Both the position numbers and the translations under genes were made by a program. Positions 1-9,760 of a stretch of 64,000 nucleotides of DNA are shown piece by piece; the stretch's first letter is position 1; each line of letters begins with the position of its first letter. The stretch is from Alphaproteobacteria bacterium (GTDB lineage: Bacteria; Pseudomonadota; Alphaproteobacteria; GCA-2731375). Under the pieces are notes generated by a model. That model had not been told where the DNA came from. It saw nothing but the letters and a program-made list of their open reading frames with translations, and ran no database searches. The DNA lies in assembly GCA_965225945.1 (NCBI GenBank), contig CBDDBZ010000031.1, positions 201,561-265,560 of the forward strand, written 5' to 3'.

Positions 1-1121
1 CCATGGTGGCGGCAGTAGGTCGCGACTTCGAGATAGTCGTATGCCGTGGACAGGTCCTTAGCGCGGACGGCGATTCCGGCATCGACGTCGCCGTCGCGCT
101 CGGCGAAACCTTTCAGGATCGCGCCCAGCCGAAACCGCGCGCCGTATTGAGGGTCGTGCGTCCGCCGCTTTCCGGCGCGCCGGGGCTCGATCTTCCGCCA
201 GCCGTCATGCGCGAGACGGCGATACTCGGCGAGCCCGGTCTCGCCCAGCACATCCGCATAGGTCTCGCTCGCGCCGCCAAAAAAATCCCACGACCCGTCG
301 GTTTCCCGCGCGAACAGGTCCCGGGCGAGCCCCACGGGATCGGGCCTCGCCTCTCGGCACGCCGCAAGGTGGATTTCGAGGCCTCTGGCGTAAGCTTCGG
401 CGCCATGCGCACCGGAATCGTCCATCTGGTCGAGCGCGTCCTCCATCCGCGCGAAAAACAGCTCGAGCAAGCGCAACACCAGCTCCGCCTGGCCCTTCGC
501 GACCAGTTCCGCGACTTGGTCGAGGACGCGCTCGATGTCGGCCGCGAACTCGCCGGCGCGGCCATAATCGATGAAGTCGTGAATCCGCGTGGCCTCGGTG
601 ATGGCCTGTTCGAAGCGAGCGAACAGCGCTTCGTCGTCGGCGATCGCGCTCGCCGCCGCGAGTTCGAGATCTCGGCTCGACGCGGGATCACGCTCGCGCG
701 AGATGCCGGCTCTTCTCGCGCGAGAAGAGCCGGCATCTCGCGCGAGAAGATACGCGCGGACCTCGCAACGCCGGTCGAGGGCTTGCGCAAACGCCTCGGG
801 CCCGAGCTCGTTGACGGCGAGCGCGCTCGCCACCAAGTGCTTGCAGAAGCCCCAATCGTCGAAGGCCGGGCAGGAGCAGTCCCCGGAGACGTCACCTCCG
901 GCGCCCAGGAGTTCCGAGCGATAGATCTCGGTGCCGAACACCCTCGCCACGACGCGGGCGGAATCGATCGAGACGATATCGACCCGCTCGTCCTCATGGT
1001 AGGCGACGCCGCGCGCGTACACCTTCTCACCCGCGACGCGGCGTAGCACGGCGACATCAAAACGCGGGGACCCGACGGCCGCTTCGGGGCTACCCGACGC
1101 GCGTTTTGTCGTTTTCGTCAT
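1..1121 (-). CDS. SWIM zinc-finger domain protein (3' end runs off the window start)
   Basis: Manual minus-strand translation from ATG 1121 (MTKTTKRAS...FDVAVLRRVAGEKVYARG...) is open to the window edge and contains the SWIM motif CSCPAFDDWGFCKH. It is missing from the ORF track because it has no stop in the window. Confidence 0.8.
   Translation of the reverse strand, partial: MTKTTKRASGSPEAAVGSPRFDVAVLRRVAGEKVYARGVAYHEDERVDIVSIDSARVVARVFGTEIYRSELLGAGGDVSGDCSCPAFDDWGFCKHLVASALAVNELGPEAFAQALDRRCEVRAYLLARDAGSSRARRAGISRERDPASSRDLELAAASAIADDEALFARFEQAITEATRIHDFIDYGRAGEFAADIERVLDQVAELVAKGQAELVLRLLELFFARMEDALDQMDDSGAHGAEAYARGLEIHLAACREARPDPVGLARDLFARETDGSWDFFGGASETYADVLGETGLAEYRRLAHDGWRKIEPRRAGKRRTHDPQYGARFRLGAILKGFAERDGDVDAGIAVRAKDLSTAYDYLEVATYCRHH
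693..746. repeat. Perfect 54-bp palindrome inside the SWIM gene
   Basis: ctcgcgcgagatgccggctcttctcgcgcgagaagagccggcatctcgcgcgag equals its own reverse complement. Confidence 0.9.
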
Positions 1122-1155
1122 GGTTGTCGGATCCCGTTGGCGTCGGCGCGCTCGA

Positions 1156-1692
1156 CTAAACCGGGTGAAGGAGCCCATCCTCTTCGATGAGGCGAAGAGC
1201 CTCGACCAAGGAGACATCCTTATGGAGGGATCTCCATTCGCCCGTATGGCGGTGCCACATCACATCGAAGAGGTCGCGGCCATGGTAATCCAGGCGAGCA
1301 AAGGCATGCTCGAATTCGGACCGAAGCGAGTCGGCGTGGCCCGAACGGAACCGCTCGATAAATCGATAGCGACCACCATGCCACTTCCCATAGAGATCCA
1401 CGGGGTAGTTGAACTCGCTCGGTCGGATGGCGGGAAGGAAGCGCGGCTTCAGGACTTCGGCCACGAATTTTTCGCAAGCCAGGGTAATCGCGGCCTTCTC
1501 GAGGTCCGGCGGCCGGCTTGGAGTCCGCGTCCGCGTCCAAACCCACTCTCGTCTCGGCACGGTGCCATCCCTCGAAACGAATCGCCTGTCAGACCCCGAG
1601 GATAACACGCCGGCCACCTCACCGAGAGCCCGGGCGAACTCATAATCTTCCCTACGAACAAGTCCTTCGCGTCGCTCGGTGGACTTCTTCAC
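1156..1692 (-). CDS. DUF3024-like hypothetical protein (true start may be downstream)
   Basis: Contains NYPVDLYGKWHG...FARLDY...WHRHTGEW...SLVEALRLIEEDG, which resembles the DUF3024 family. Confidence 0.6.
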   Translation of the reverse strand: MKKSTERREGLVRREDYEFARALGEVAGVLSSGSDRRFVSRDGTVPRREWVWTRTRTPSRPPDLEKAAITLACEKFVAEVLKPRFLPAIRPSEFNYPVDLYGKWHGGRYRFIERFRSGHADSLRSEFEHAFARLDYHGRDLFDVMWHRHTGEWRSLHKDVSLVEALRLIEEDGLLHPV

Positions 1693-1779
1693 CGGGGAGC
1701 AATCCGGGGATCGCGCCTCAAAGGCGTCTCGGGCGGTTGCCCGAGCGCCGCATAACGCGTTGAATATAATTGAGAAAAT

Positions 1780-1856
1780 TGGTCGGGGTGAGAGGATTTG
1801 AACCTCCGGCCCCTGCCTCCCGAAGACAGTGCTCTACCAGGCTGAGCTACACCCCG
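1780..1856 (-). tRNA. trnP: tRNA-Pro (anticodon CGG)
   Basis: Reverse complement reads cggggtgtagctcagcctggtagagcactgtcttCGGgaggcaggggccggaggttcaaatcctctcaccccgacca: 77 nt, with T-loop GTTCAAATC and encoded CCA. Confidence 0.97.
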
Positions 1857-1927
1857 GCCGGAATTCGGCGATGCTTATAGCGCCGACACAGCTCCACCGC
1901 AAGCGAGCTTCCGCGCCCCACCCTCGC

Positions 1928-2989
1928 TCAGTGCGCCCGATCGATGCAGAAGTCGATGACCTGATCCAGCGCCCGCTTGGGCGCGCTCTCGGGAAACAGG
2001 CCGAGGGCGTCGCGTGCCATGGCGCCGTAATGGCGGGCCCGCTCCACCGTGTCGTCGAGGGCGCCGTGGCTCCGGATCAGCCCGATCGCCCGCTCCAGGT
2101 CGCCCGCCTCCTGCTTGCCGTGCTCGACGCAAGCCCGCCAGAAGGCGCGCTCCGCCTCGTTGCCCCGGCGGAAGGCCAGCACGACCGGCAGCGTCACCTT
2201 GCCCTCGCGGAAATCATCGCCGACGGTCTTGCCGAGCACCGATTCGCGGGCCGCGTAATCGAGCGCGTCGTCGACCAGTTGGAAGGCGATGCCGAGGTTC
2301 TTGCCGTAACTCTCGAGCGCCGTCTCATCGGCCGTGGGGCGTTCCGCGACGACGGCGCCGATACGGCAGGCGGCGGCGAACAGCGCCGCCGTCTTGGCCG
2401 AGATCACCTCGAGGTAGGCGTCCTCCGTGGTCTCGGTGTTGTTCGCGGTTTCGAGTTGCAGCACCTCCCCCTCGGCGATCACCGCCGAGGCGTCGGAGAG
2501 GATGCGCAAGACCTCCAAAGAGCCGTCCTCGACCATCACCTGAAAGGCCCGGGAGAACAGGAAATCACCGACCAGGACGCTCGCCTGATTGCCCCAGAGC
2601 ACGTTGGCGGTGGCGTTGCCCCGGCGTAGGTCGCTCTCATCGACGACGTCGTCGTGCAACAGCGTCGCGGTGTGGATAAATTCGACACAGGCGGCCAGCG
2701 GAATATGGCGCTCGCCGCCATAGCCGCACAGCGCGGCCGCGCCCAGCGTCAGCATCGGCCGGAGCCGCTTGCCGCCGGCGGCGATGATATGGCCGGCGAG
2801 CTGGGGGATCAGCGCCACGCGGCTCGTCATGCGGCGCCCGATCACCTCGTTGACCCGGGCCATGTCGTCGCCGACCAGGGCCTGCAACGCCGCCATCGAG
2901 GCGCGCGCGGCGGCGTGGCGCTCCTCGCTCAAATGTACGATATCGGCCACCGAACCATCCTCGCCTTCGAACGTCCCCGTCCCGAACAT
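1928..2989 (-). CDS. ispB: Polyprenyl (octaprenyl) diphosphate synthase
   Basis: GGKRLRP, FARM motif LLHDDVVDESDLRRG and SARM motif FQLVDDALD. The start may be the GTG near 2950. Confidence 0.93.
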   Translation of the reverse strand: MFGTGTFEGEDGSVADIVHLSEERHAAARASMAALQALVGDDMARVNEVIGRRMTSRVALIPQLAGHIIAAGGKRLRPMLTLGAAALCGYGGERHIPLAACVEFIHTATLLHDDVVDESDLRRGNATANVLWGNQASVLVGDFLFSRAFQVMVEDGSLEVLRILSDASAVIAEGEVLQLETANNTETTEDAYLEVISAKTAALFAAACRIGAVVAERPTADETALESYGKNLGIAFQLVDDALDYAARESVLGKTVGDDFREGKVTLPVVLAFRRGNEAERAFWRACVEHGKQEAGDLERAIGLIRSHGALDDTVERARHYGAMARDALGLFPESAPKRALDQVIDFCIDRAH

Positions 2990-3066
2990 AAAACGTCACG
3001 AGCGCCAAGAGAACCCGAAGCCACGCGACCCGAGGTCACACGCGGTGACGAGCGTCGAGGCGGATC

Positions 3067-4392
3067 TCAGTCGAAACCCAGCAATTGGTCCGGCAGCCAG
3101 ATCGCCAAAGCCGGAAACACCATGACCAGGCCCAGCGCGATGATCTCCAAGCCGATAAAGGGGATCACGCCCCTGTACATGTCCTTGAGCGTGATCTCCG
3201 GCGGACTGATACCGCGCAAGTAGAAGATCGCCGGCGCCATCGGCGGCGTCAGGTAGCTGGTCTGGATCACGATCAGGAACAGGATGCAGAACCAGATCTC
3301 GTCGAAGCCGAACTGCTTCATCAGCAGAATGGCGATCGGGATGAAGATCAGGATGATCGAGATCAGATCCAGCACGAAGCCGGCCATGAACGACAGGAAG
3401 AGGATCAGGAACAGCGTTGCCCACGGGCCCAAGCCCGATGCCTGCAACAAATTCTGCACCGCCGCCATGCCGCCCGAGGCGATGAACACGCCCGCGAACA
3501 TGGTGCCGCCGAGCAGGATCATCAGGATCATCGCGGTGATCAAAAGGGTCTTGACGAAGGCCTGCGACAGCACCGAAAAGGTGAATCTACGGTAAATCAG
3601 CGTCAGGATGACCGAGCCGAAGGCGCCCATCGCCGCCGCTTCCGTCGGCGTCGCCGCGCCGACCATGATCGAGCCCAAGACGGCGGCGATCAGGAACACC
3701 GGCGGCAATAGTGCCTGCACCGTGATCATCAGCTTTTCGGCCAGGCTGGGCTCGTCGTCGGCCGGCGGCAGCCGGGGCCCATAGTGCGGCGCCACGGTGC
3801 AGAGGATCAGGATGTAGAGAATATACAGGCCCGCCAGGATCAGGCCCGGGATCAGAATGCCGACGAACAGGCTGCCGACGTCGACGTCGGCCACCGGGCC
3901 GAGAATGACCACTACCACGGAGGGAGGAATGATCGTGCCCAGCGAGCCGCCGGCGCAAATCGTGCCGGAGATCAGCCCCTTGTTGTAGGCATAGCGCAGC
4001 ATGACCGGGATCGCCAACAGGCCCACCACCGACTCGGTGGCGCCGATGACACCACTGGCCGCGGCGAAGATCACGCACATGAGCACCGTGCCGACGGCGA
4101 GGCCGCCGGGCAAACGGCGGGTCCAGAGATGTATCGCCTCGAACAATTTTACCGCGATGCCCGAACGCTCCATCATCGAGCCCATGAAGATGAAGAGCGG
4201 CACGGCGGCCAGCACCGCGGTGCCGTTCACGTCCTGCACCTTGGTGACCAGGATTTGCGCCAACGCGTCCGGCGGCCAGCGTATGAGGCCGAAGACGAAG
4301 GCCGTTCCCATCAACGAGAAGGCGACCGGGAAGCCCATGAAGATGGCGAACATCAACGCCGGGAACATCCATGCGGCGAGCCAGAAACTCAT
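3067..4392 (-). CDS. dctM: TRAP transporter large permease
   Basis: Hydrophobic protein with AVPLFIFMG, GGSLGTIIPPS and QTSYLTPP motifs. Confidence 0.95.
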   Translation of the reverse strand: MSFWLAAWMFPALMFAIFMGFPVAFSLMGTAFVFGLIRWPPDALAQILVTKVQDVNGTAVLAAVPLFIFMGSMMERSGIAVKLFEAIHLWTRRLPGGLAVGTVLMCVIFAAASGVIGATESVVGLLAIPVMLRYAYNKGLISGTICAGGSLGTIIPPSVVVVILGPVADVDVGSLFVGILIPGLILAGLYILYILILCTVAPHYGPRLPPADDEPSLAEKLMITVQALLPPVFLIAAVLGSIMVGAATPTEAAAMGAFGSVILTLIYRRFTFSVLSQAFVKTLLITAMILMILLGGTMFAGVFIASGGMAAVQNLLQASGLGPWATLFLILFLSFMAGFVLDLISIILIFIPIAILLMKQFGFDEIWFCILFLIVIQTSYLTPPMAPAIFYLRGISPPEITLKDMYRGVIPFIGLEIIALGLVMVFPALAIWLPDQLLGFD

Positions 4393-4922
4393 TCCGCGGC
4401 CTCCGGTCGGGCCACGTCATGGCCCATGAGCACGAGAATGCATTTCAGCACCTCCGCCACCACTTGCAGCAGCAGCAGGAACATGCCCACCACGAAGCTC
4501 ACGCGGAACGGCCAAACCACCGGGTTCCACGCCGACTCGCCAGACAACTCGTTGTGCTCGTAGGCGTAGATCATGTAGTCCACAAGGCCGTTTTTCCAGA
4601 ACACCAGAAGAATGCAGGCGGGGATGATCAAGCCCCCGAAGCCGATCAGATCGATCAGCGCCTGCTTCTTCAGGCCGACCTGGTCGTAAAGGAAGTCGAC
4701 CCGGATGTGCCGGCGCATCTGCAAGGTATAGGCGATGCCGAACATGAAGCTCGCGCCCATCGTCATGTAGGACATCTCGTAGGCCCAGAAGGTGGGCGAA
4801 GCGAAGAACTTGCGCGCGATCACCTCGTAGACCATGGAGAGCATCAGCGGCGCCACGAACCAGGCGCCGATGTAGCCGAACCCCTTGGTCAGCCACTCGA
4901 TCGGCCGGATTATCATCCACAT
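4389..4922 (-). CDS. dctQ: TRAP transporter small permease
   Basis: Four-TM protein with YEVIARKFF...HIRVDFLY. ATG 4922 follows a G-rich RBS and the stop overlaps the dctM start. Confidence 0.92.
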   Translation of the reverse strand: MWMIIRPIEWLTKGFGYIGAWFVAPLMLSMVYEVIARKFFASPTFWAYEMSYMTMGASFMFGIAYTLQMRRHIRVDFLYDQVGLKKQALIDLIGFGGLIIPACILLVFWKNGLVDYMIYAYEHNELSGESAWNPVVWPFRVSFVVGMFLLLLQVVAEVLKCILVLMGHDVARPEAAE

Positions 4923-4932
4923 CGACCGGATC

Positions 4933-4982
4933 CCCCCGGTGATAGATTGAAGAACTGCCCCCGGTGATAGATTGAAGAACTG
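4933..4982. repeat. Exact 25-bp tandem duplication upstream of dctQ
   Basis: cccccggtgatagattgaagaactg occurs at 4933-4957 and again at 4958-4982. Confidence 0.9.
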
Positions 4983-5005
4983 AAAGTACGGAAGGCGGCC
5001 CCATC

Positions 5006-5044
5006 TCGACACGGGGGCGCCCCGTCGGGGCGCCCCCGTGTCGA
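5006..5044 (-). terminator. GC-rich hairpin after dctP (intercistronic terminator or mRNA stabiliser)
   Basis: tcgacacgggggcgcccc-gtc-ggggcgcccccgtgtcga forms an 18-bp stem. There is no strong U-tract. Confidence 0.6.
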
Positions 5045-5068
5045 AATCGAACCCTACGCTGAACGCGA

Positions 5069-6118
5069 CTACTTGGGTTTGGGCGTGTCGCGATACTTGT
5101 AGGCGTTGGCCCAGGACTTCTGATAGGCCCGCTGGTGAGCCAGAACCTTCTTGAACCAGCCGCCCTGCTCCGCCGCGACCTTGTCGGCCCAGGCGTACGA
5201 CAGCTCCTTGCCCTTCTTGATCACGGCGTCGTCCAGAATCACGATCTCGTTACCCGAGTTGATGTAGAACTGGTAGGCGTCCGCGTCCTCGTGGCCGGTC
5301 TTGTGGTAGAAATGCAGGCTGACGTCGCGGCCGGCGAACTCGATCAGTTGCTTGTGGCGCTCCGAGAGGCCCTTCCAGACGTCCATGTTGAAGCTGCAGG
5401 CGATCACGGCCGAAGGCTGATGGATCCCCGGCATGATCAGATACTTGGCGATCTTGTGGAAGCCGATCGACTTGTTGATCGAAAGCTGCGCCCACTCGAT
5501 CGCGTCGATCACGCCGCGCTCCAGCGCCGGATAGACTTCCGCGCCCGGCAGGATCACCGTCGAGGTACCGAAGCCGGAGGCGATCTCGGCCCAAGCGCCG
5601 GCGGTGCGCAGCTTCAGTCCCTTGAAGTCGTCGAGCGTCTGGATCTTCTTGCGCGAATGCATGCCCATTTCGCGCGGCAGGATGCCGCAGGGCACCGGCA
5701 CGACGGAGAACTTCTCGATCCGGAACTCCTTGTAGAGCTCCTTGCCGCCGCCATAGAACAGCCAGTGGATCATCTGCTCGCCATTCAGGCCGCCGGCGTA
5801 GCCACCGAACAGCACCGTCGTCTTGTCGATGCCCCAGTCGTAGCCGTCCCAGCTATGGCCGGATTCGGTCACGCGGCTGCGCACCGTCTCGGTGACCTTC
5901 AGCGGGCTGCCCATGGTGCCGCCCGGGAAGACCTGGATCTTGATCTGGCCGTCGGTCAGAAGCTCGATCCTCTGCGCGGCGCCCTTGGCCGCGGTCTCGA
6001 GCACCGGACCGCCACCCCAGGAGGTGGCCATGCTCCAGTTCTGCTGCGCCGATACGGAACCGGTGGCGAGCGCGAGCGCGGCCACGGTCCCCAGCGCCGT
6101 CGAAATAATTCGTTTCAT
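5069..6118 (-). CDS. dctP: TRAP transporter substrate-binding protein
   Basis: Signal peptide MKRIISTALG...SVSA, plus FKGLKLR and EVYPALERGVIDA. Confidence 0.93.
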   Translation of the reverse strand: MKRIISTALGTVAALALATGSVSAQQNWSMATSWGGGPVLETAAKGAAQRIELLTDGQIKIQVFPGGTMGSPLKVTETVRSRVTESGHSWDGYDWGIDKTTVLFGGYAGGLNGEQMIHWLFYGGGKELYKEFRIEKFSVVPVPCGILPREMGMHSRKKIQTLDDFKGLKLRTAGAWAEIASGFGTSTVILPGAEVYPALERGVIDAIEWAQLSINKSIGFHKIAKYLIMPGIHQPSAVIACSFNMDVWKGLSERHKQLIEFAGRDVSLHFYHKTGHEDADAYQFYINSGNEIVILDDAVIKKGKELSYAWADKVAAEQGGWFKKVLAHQRAYQKSWANAYKYRDTPKPK

Positions 6119-6376
6119 GAAACTCAACCCTCCCTTGGTCTGCCCCGCGAGCACCCGGCGGGGCCGAGCGCTCTAGGTCTTCTGGATCTCCCGGCGTCTC
6201 CGCGCCGAGAACCCGACCTGGCCGTTAGCTCGGCGGGCGACCTGGGACGCCGAACCGGCCACGATGAAAAGATCATAGCTTTCGAGGGTAGGGCGTCAAC
6301 ACTCGGCGAACTGGTCGCCGCGCAAGGACCCATTCGCCGCCTTCGAAAGGTGGCCGAGTTCACGACGATTCTAGTC

Positions 6377-6610
6377 TCACGACGGCGAGCCGGGCCCGGC
6401 CGAAAGCAGGGCCCCGAGCGTCGAGACGAATGCCAAGGGCTGGTCCACGATCAGGTGGTGTCGGGCCTCCGGCGGCTCGATCATCGGGCTCCCCGGCCCC
6501 ATCCGTTCCCTCATGAAGTCGACGACCTCCGGCGTCACCGGGGCACTGTCGGCGCCGTGGATGACGGCCTTGGGACAGCGCATGGCGGCCATATGTTGGA
6601 TTCTATCCAC
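6377..6610 (-). pseudogene. C-terminal remnant of an alpha/beta hydrolase
   Basis: MRCPKAVIHGADS...EARHHLIVDQPLAFVSTL resembles only the acid/His end of an alpha/beta hydrolase; the nucleophile half is absent. Confidence 0.55.
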
Positions 6611-7815
6611 TAGATCGCGCCGCCGTCGCGCAAGCCCCGGATCGCCGCCGCGTCGTAGCCGAGCTCGGCCAGGACCTCGTCCGTGTGCTCGCCCAGGAGC
6701 GGCGCGCGGCGTTCCGCCCGGGGGCCGTCCTCGTCGGCCATGAAGCCGAGGCCGGGAAGCGTCAACTGGCCACTCTCGGCCTCCGGCGCCGGCACTTCCA
6801 TCAAGATGCCGCGGTGCTCGAGCTGCGGTTCGCCCAGCGCGCTCGCCAGATCGGCCACCGGTTCGGCCGGCACGCCCTGCGCGGCCATCTGCCGCAGCCA
6901 GACCGCGCTCGCCTCGCCGGCCAAGATTTCGCCGATCTCCGCCCGGATCTCGTCGGCGTGCGCGACCCGGCCCTCGGTGGTCCGATAGCGCTCGCTTGTC
7001 GCCCAGGCCTCGCGCCCGAGCGCGCGGCAGAGCGCCGCCACCATGTGGTCGGCGATCACCGCGATCGACAGATGGCCGTCCCGGGTGGCCCAGGTGTCGG
7101 CGGTGCCTTGGTGGGCTTGCGAGCGGTTGCCGATCAGCGTCGGCACCTGGCCCTCGACCAGATAGCGGCTGACGATCGGGTTCATGATCTGGATCGCGGC
7201 ATCGGTCATCGCCACGTCCAGCCACTGGCCCCTTCCGGTCGTCCGACGGCGGTAGAGGGCGGCGGCGATGGCGAAAGCGGCGGTCAGCGCGGTGGTCATG
7301 TCGACCACCATGAAGCCGACGCGGACCGGGCCCGTCGCCGGGTCGCCAGTCACCGACATGATGCCGGAGCCCGCCTGGATCACCCCGTCATAGGCCGGCA
7401 GGCCCGACTTCGGCCCCTCCTGGCCGTAGCCGGAGACCGAGCAATAGACGATATCCTCGCGGACCGACTTGGCCCATACGTAATCGAAGCCGAGGCGCGC
7501 CATCACCCCGGGGCGAAAATTCTCCAGCACCACGTCGGCCCCCTCGACGAGGCGTGTCAGCACTTCCTTCGCGCGCGGGTGCTTGAGGTCGAGGGTGATC
7601 GCCCGCTTGTTGGGATTGGCGCCGAGGAAGGCGGGTGCCAAGCCACGCGCCGCCCATTCGCCCTCGGTCGTCAGGCGGCGCATCTGGTCGCCGCCGCCCG
7701 GGTGCTCGATCTTGACGACGTCGGCGCCCAGCAGCGCGAGCTGCGCCGCCGCAAACGGTCCGGCCAGGACTTGGCTGAAATCGATGACGCGGACATTCTC
7801 GAAGGCACGTGGCAT
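6610..7815 (-). CDS. CoA-transferase family III (CaiB/BaiF)
   Basis: RVIDFSQVLAGPFA, LGADVVKIE, ENFRPGVM, AYDGVIQA and APLLGEHT. Confidence 0.95.
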   Translation of the reverse strand: MPRAFENVRVIDFSQVLAGPFAAAQLALLGADVVKIEHPGGGDQMRRLTTEGEWAARGLAPAFLGANPNKRAITLDLKHPRAKEVLTRLVEGADVVLENFRPGVMARLGFDYVWAKSVREDIVYCSVSGYGQEGPKSGLPAYDGVIQAGSGIMSVTGDPATGPVRVGFMVVDMTTALTAAFAIAAALYRRRTTGRGQWLDVAMTDAAIQIMNPIVSRYLVEGQVPTLIGNRSQAHQGTADTWATRDGHLSIAVIADHMVAALCRALGREAWATSERYRTTEGRVAHADEIRAEIGEILAGEASAVWLRQMAAQGVPAEPVADLASALGEPQLEHRGILMEVPAPEAESGQLTLPGLGFMADEDGPRAERRAPLLGEHTDEVLAELGYDAAAIRGLRDGGAI

Positions 7816-7936
7816 GGCTCTCCCCCGCCGGAGCTAAAAGCTGGTCGGACAGTAGCTTGGGCGAGGCTCGGCCGCTTCCCGTAAATGTCGAGCAGGCGCT
7901 TCGGATAGCCCCACGTCCCGGGCCGGCGCCCGCGTC

Positions 7937-9190
7937 TCAGTCGGCCTCGGCCCGGGCCGCCTCGGCCGCCCGGGCGGCATCCTTCGCCGCCATCCGCGCC
8001 TTCAACTGCTCCGGCGACAGGCGAACGATGTCCTCGTTCTGATGGCTGAAGATGTCGTAGCCCTCGGTCGCCAGCGCCTCCAACGCGATCGAACCGTCGA
8101 GCACGCCCGCCTTCCAGGCCGCGTGCTCGGCCTCGCCGGCGTGGAATTCCGGCATCACCTCCCGGGCGAAGAGTTCCAGGCTGTCGCAGATATCCTGGTG
8201 GCTGGTCTTGCCGGCCTGGTTCAGCAGGATCACCTGGTCGACATGGGCCGCTTGATAGTGGCGGAGCTTGCGGCGAATGGTCTCGGGCGAGCCGATCATG
8301 CCGGCGGTCAGCGCCTGCTTCGCCTTGTCGGTCTTGCGCCAGTCCTGATACGCGTTCCAGAGGTTGCCGGTGCCCGGCGCGTCGACGCCCTTGCGGCCAT
8401 AATACGAAAGCGCGAAGATGAAGAAGGTCCAGCCGGCGGCCTTCTCGATCGCCTCCTCGTCGCTCTCGGCGCACATGAAGCCGCTGACCATGGCGATGTT
8501 GGGGTTGATGGGGTAGTCGGCCAGCCGGTTCGGATTGTGCAGCAGTTCGTTATAATAACGGTGCACCCAGGCCAGGGCCGCCTCGGGCGAGACGAAGGTG
8601 AAGCCGAGCGCGCCGAGGCCCCATTCGCCGGCCTTGGCGATGGTCTGGATGTTGGAGCAGGCGACCCAGAGCGGCGGGTGCGGCTTCTGATAGGGCTTGG
8701 GCACCACGTTGCGCGCGGGGAAATCATAATATTCGCCGTGGAACTCCCAACTATCGCGGGTGAACATCGGGATGATCGCGCGGACCGCCTCCTCCCAGCG
8801 GTCGCGCTTGTCGCGGACCCGAATGTTGAAGGGATGCAGTTCCGCCGGGCCGGCGCCTTCGCCCATGCCGAACTCGACCCGCCCGTTCGACAACAAATCG
8901 AGGGTGGCGACCCGCTCGGCCACCCGATGCGGCTGGTTGGTGGTGAGCTGGATGATGCCGTGGCCGAGGCGGATGCGCTCCGTCCGCTGGCTCGCCGCGC
9001 CGAGGAAGACCTCCGGCGCCGAGCAGTGGGAGTATTCCTCGAGGAAGTGATGCTCGACGCACCAGGCATAGTCGAAGCCGATCCTGTCCGCGAGCTCGAT
9101 CTGGCTGAGCGAATTCGCCAGCAGATCCCGCTCGCTCTCGGAATTCCAGGGCCGTGGGATCTGGTGCTCGTAGAAAATGCCGAACTTCAT
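7937..9190 (-). CDS. Luciferase-like (LLM class) flavin-dependent monooxygenase
   Basis: MKFGIFYEHQ, WCVEHHFLEEYSH, TLDLLSNGRVEFG and PKPYQKPHPPLW. Confidence 0.93.
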   Translation of the reverse strand: MKFGIFYEHQIPRPWNSESERDLLANSLSQIELADRIGFDYAWCVEHHFLEEYSHCSAPEVFLGAASQRTERIRLGHGIIQLTTNQPHRVAERVATLDLLSNGRVEFGMGEGAGPAELHPFNIRVRDKRDRWEEAVRAIIPMFTRDSWEFHGEYYDFPARNVVPKPYQKPHPPLWVACSNIQTIAKAGEWGLGALGFTFVSPEAALAWVHRYYNELLHNPNRLADYPINPNIAMVSGFMCAESDEEAIEKAAGWTFFIFALSYYGRKGVDAPGTGNLWNAYQDWRKTDKAKQALTAGMIGSPETIRRKLRHYQAAHVDQVILLNQAGKTSHQDICDSLELFAREVMPEFHAGEAEHAAWKAGVLDGSIALEALATEGYDIFSHQNEDIVRLSPEQLKARMAAKDAARAAEAARAEAD

Positions 9191-9349
9191 TCGGGACCGC
9201 TCCTCGGCGGGAAATGGGTCTGAACCGTCGCCGGACGGGCGCGCGGGCCTTCATAGCATTCTTTGCGGGCGCGCGGAATTCCCGCGCCGGCGCCGCGCGT
9301 TGGTCTATGTTGGCGCCATCTCGGAATCCGCTTGGGAAGGGAGGGAAAG

Positions 9350-9760
9350 ATGCATCTAACGGGTGGCTGCCTCTGCGGCGAAATTCGCTATGAATCGAGC
9401 GAGACGCCGATGAATGTGTTCTTTTGTCACTGCGAGGATTGCCGGCGTTCCGGCGGCAGCCTGCTGCATATGGGCGTGATGGTGCCGCGCGAGGGTTTCG
9501 AGATCACCCAGGGCACGCCCACGGCTTACCGTTCGGCGGCCGACAGCGGGCGCACCATCACCCGGAACTTTTGCGCCACCTGCGGCTCGGGCATCACCAA
9601 CGAGTTGGAGCACGTGGCGAACGCGGTGGTCATCAAGGCCGGCACGCTGGACGACCCGAGCGCGATTGCGCCGACCTACGAGGTTTTCGTCGGCGGCCGC
9701 TCGCCCTGGGTCTCGACCGACGAAAGGCTGGAGAAATTCGAGAAGGGCCGTCTCGGTTAA
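9350..9760 (+). CDS. GFA (CENP-V-like) family protein
   Basis: GGCLCGEIRY...CHCEDCRR...FCATCGS zinc ligands; RBS ggaggg upstream. Confidence 0.9.
   Translation: MHLTGGCLCGEIRYESSETPMNVFFCHCEDCRRSGGSLLHMGVMVPREGFEITQGTPTAYRSAADSGRTITRNFCATCGSGITNELEHVANAVVIKAGTLDDPSAIAPTYEVFVGGRSPWVSTDERLEKFEKGRLG

Noticed and set aside
3-1060. ORF-track entries 3..1046 (+) and 113..1060 (-)
   Set aside because: These are shadow frames of the SWIM gene, which is in a different minus-strand frame and runs off the window.
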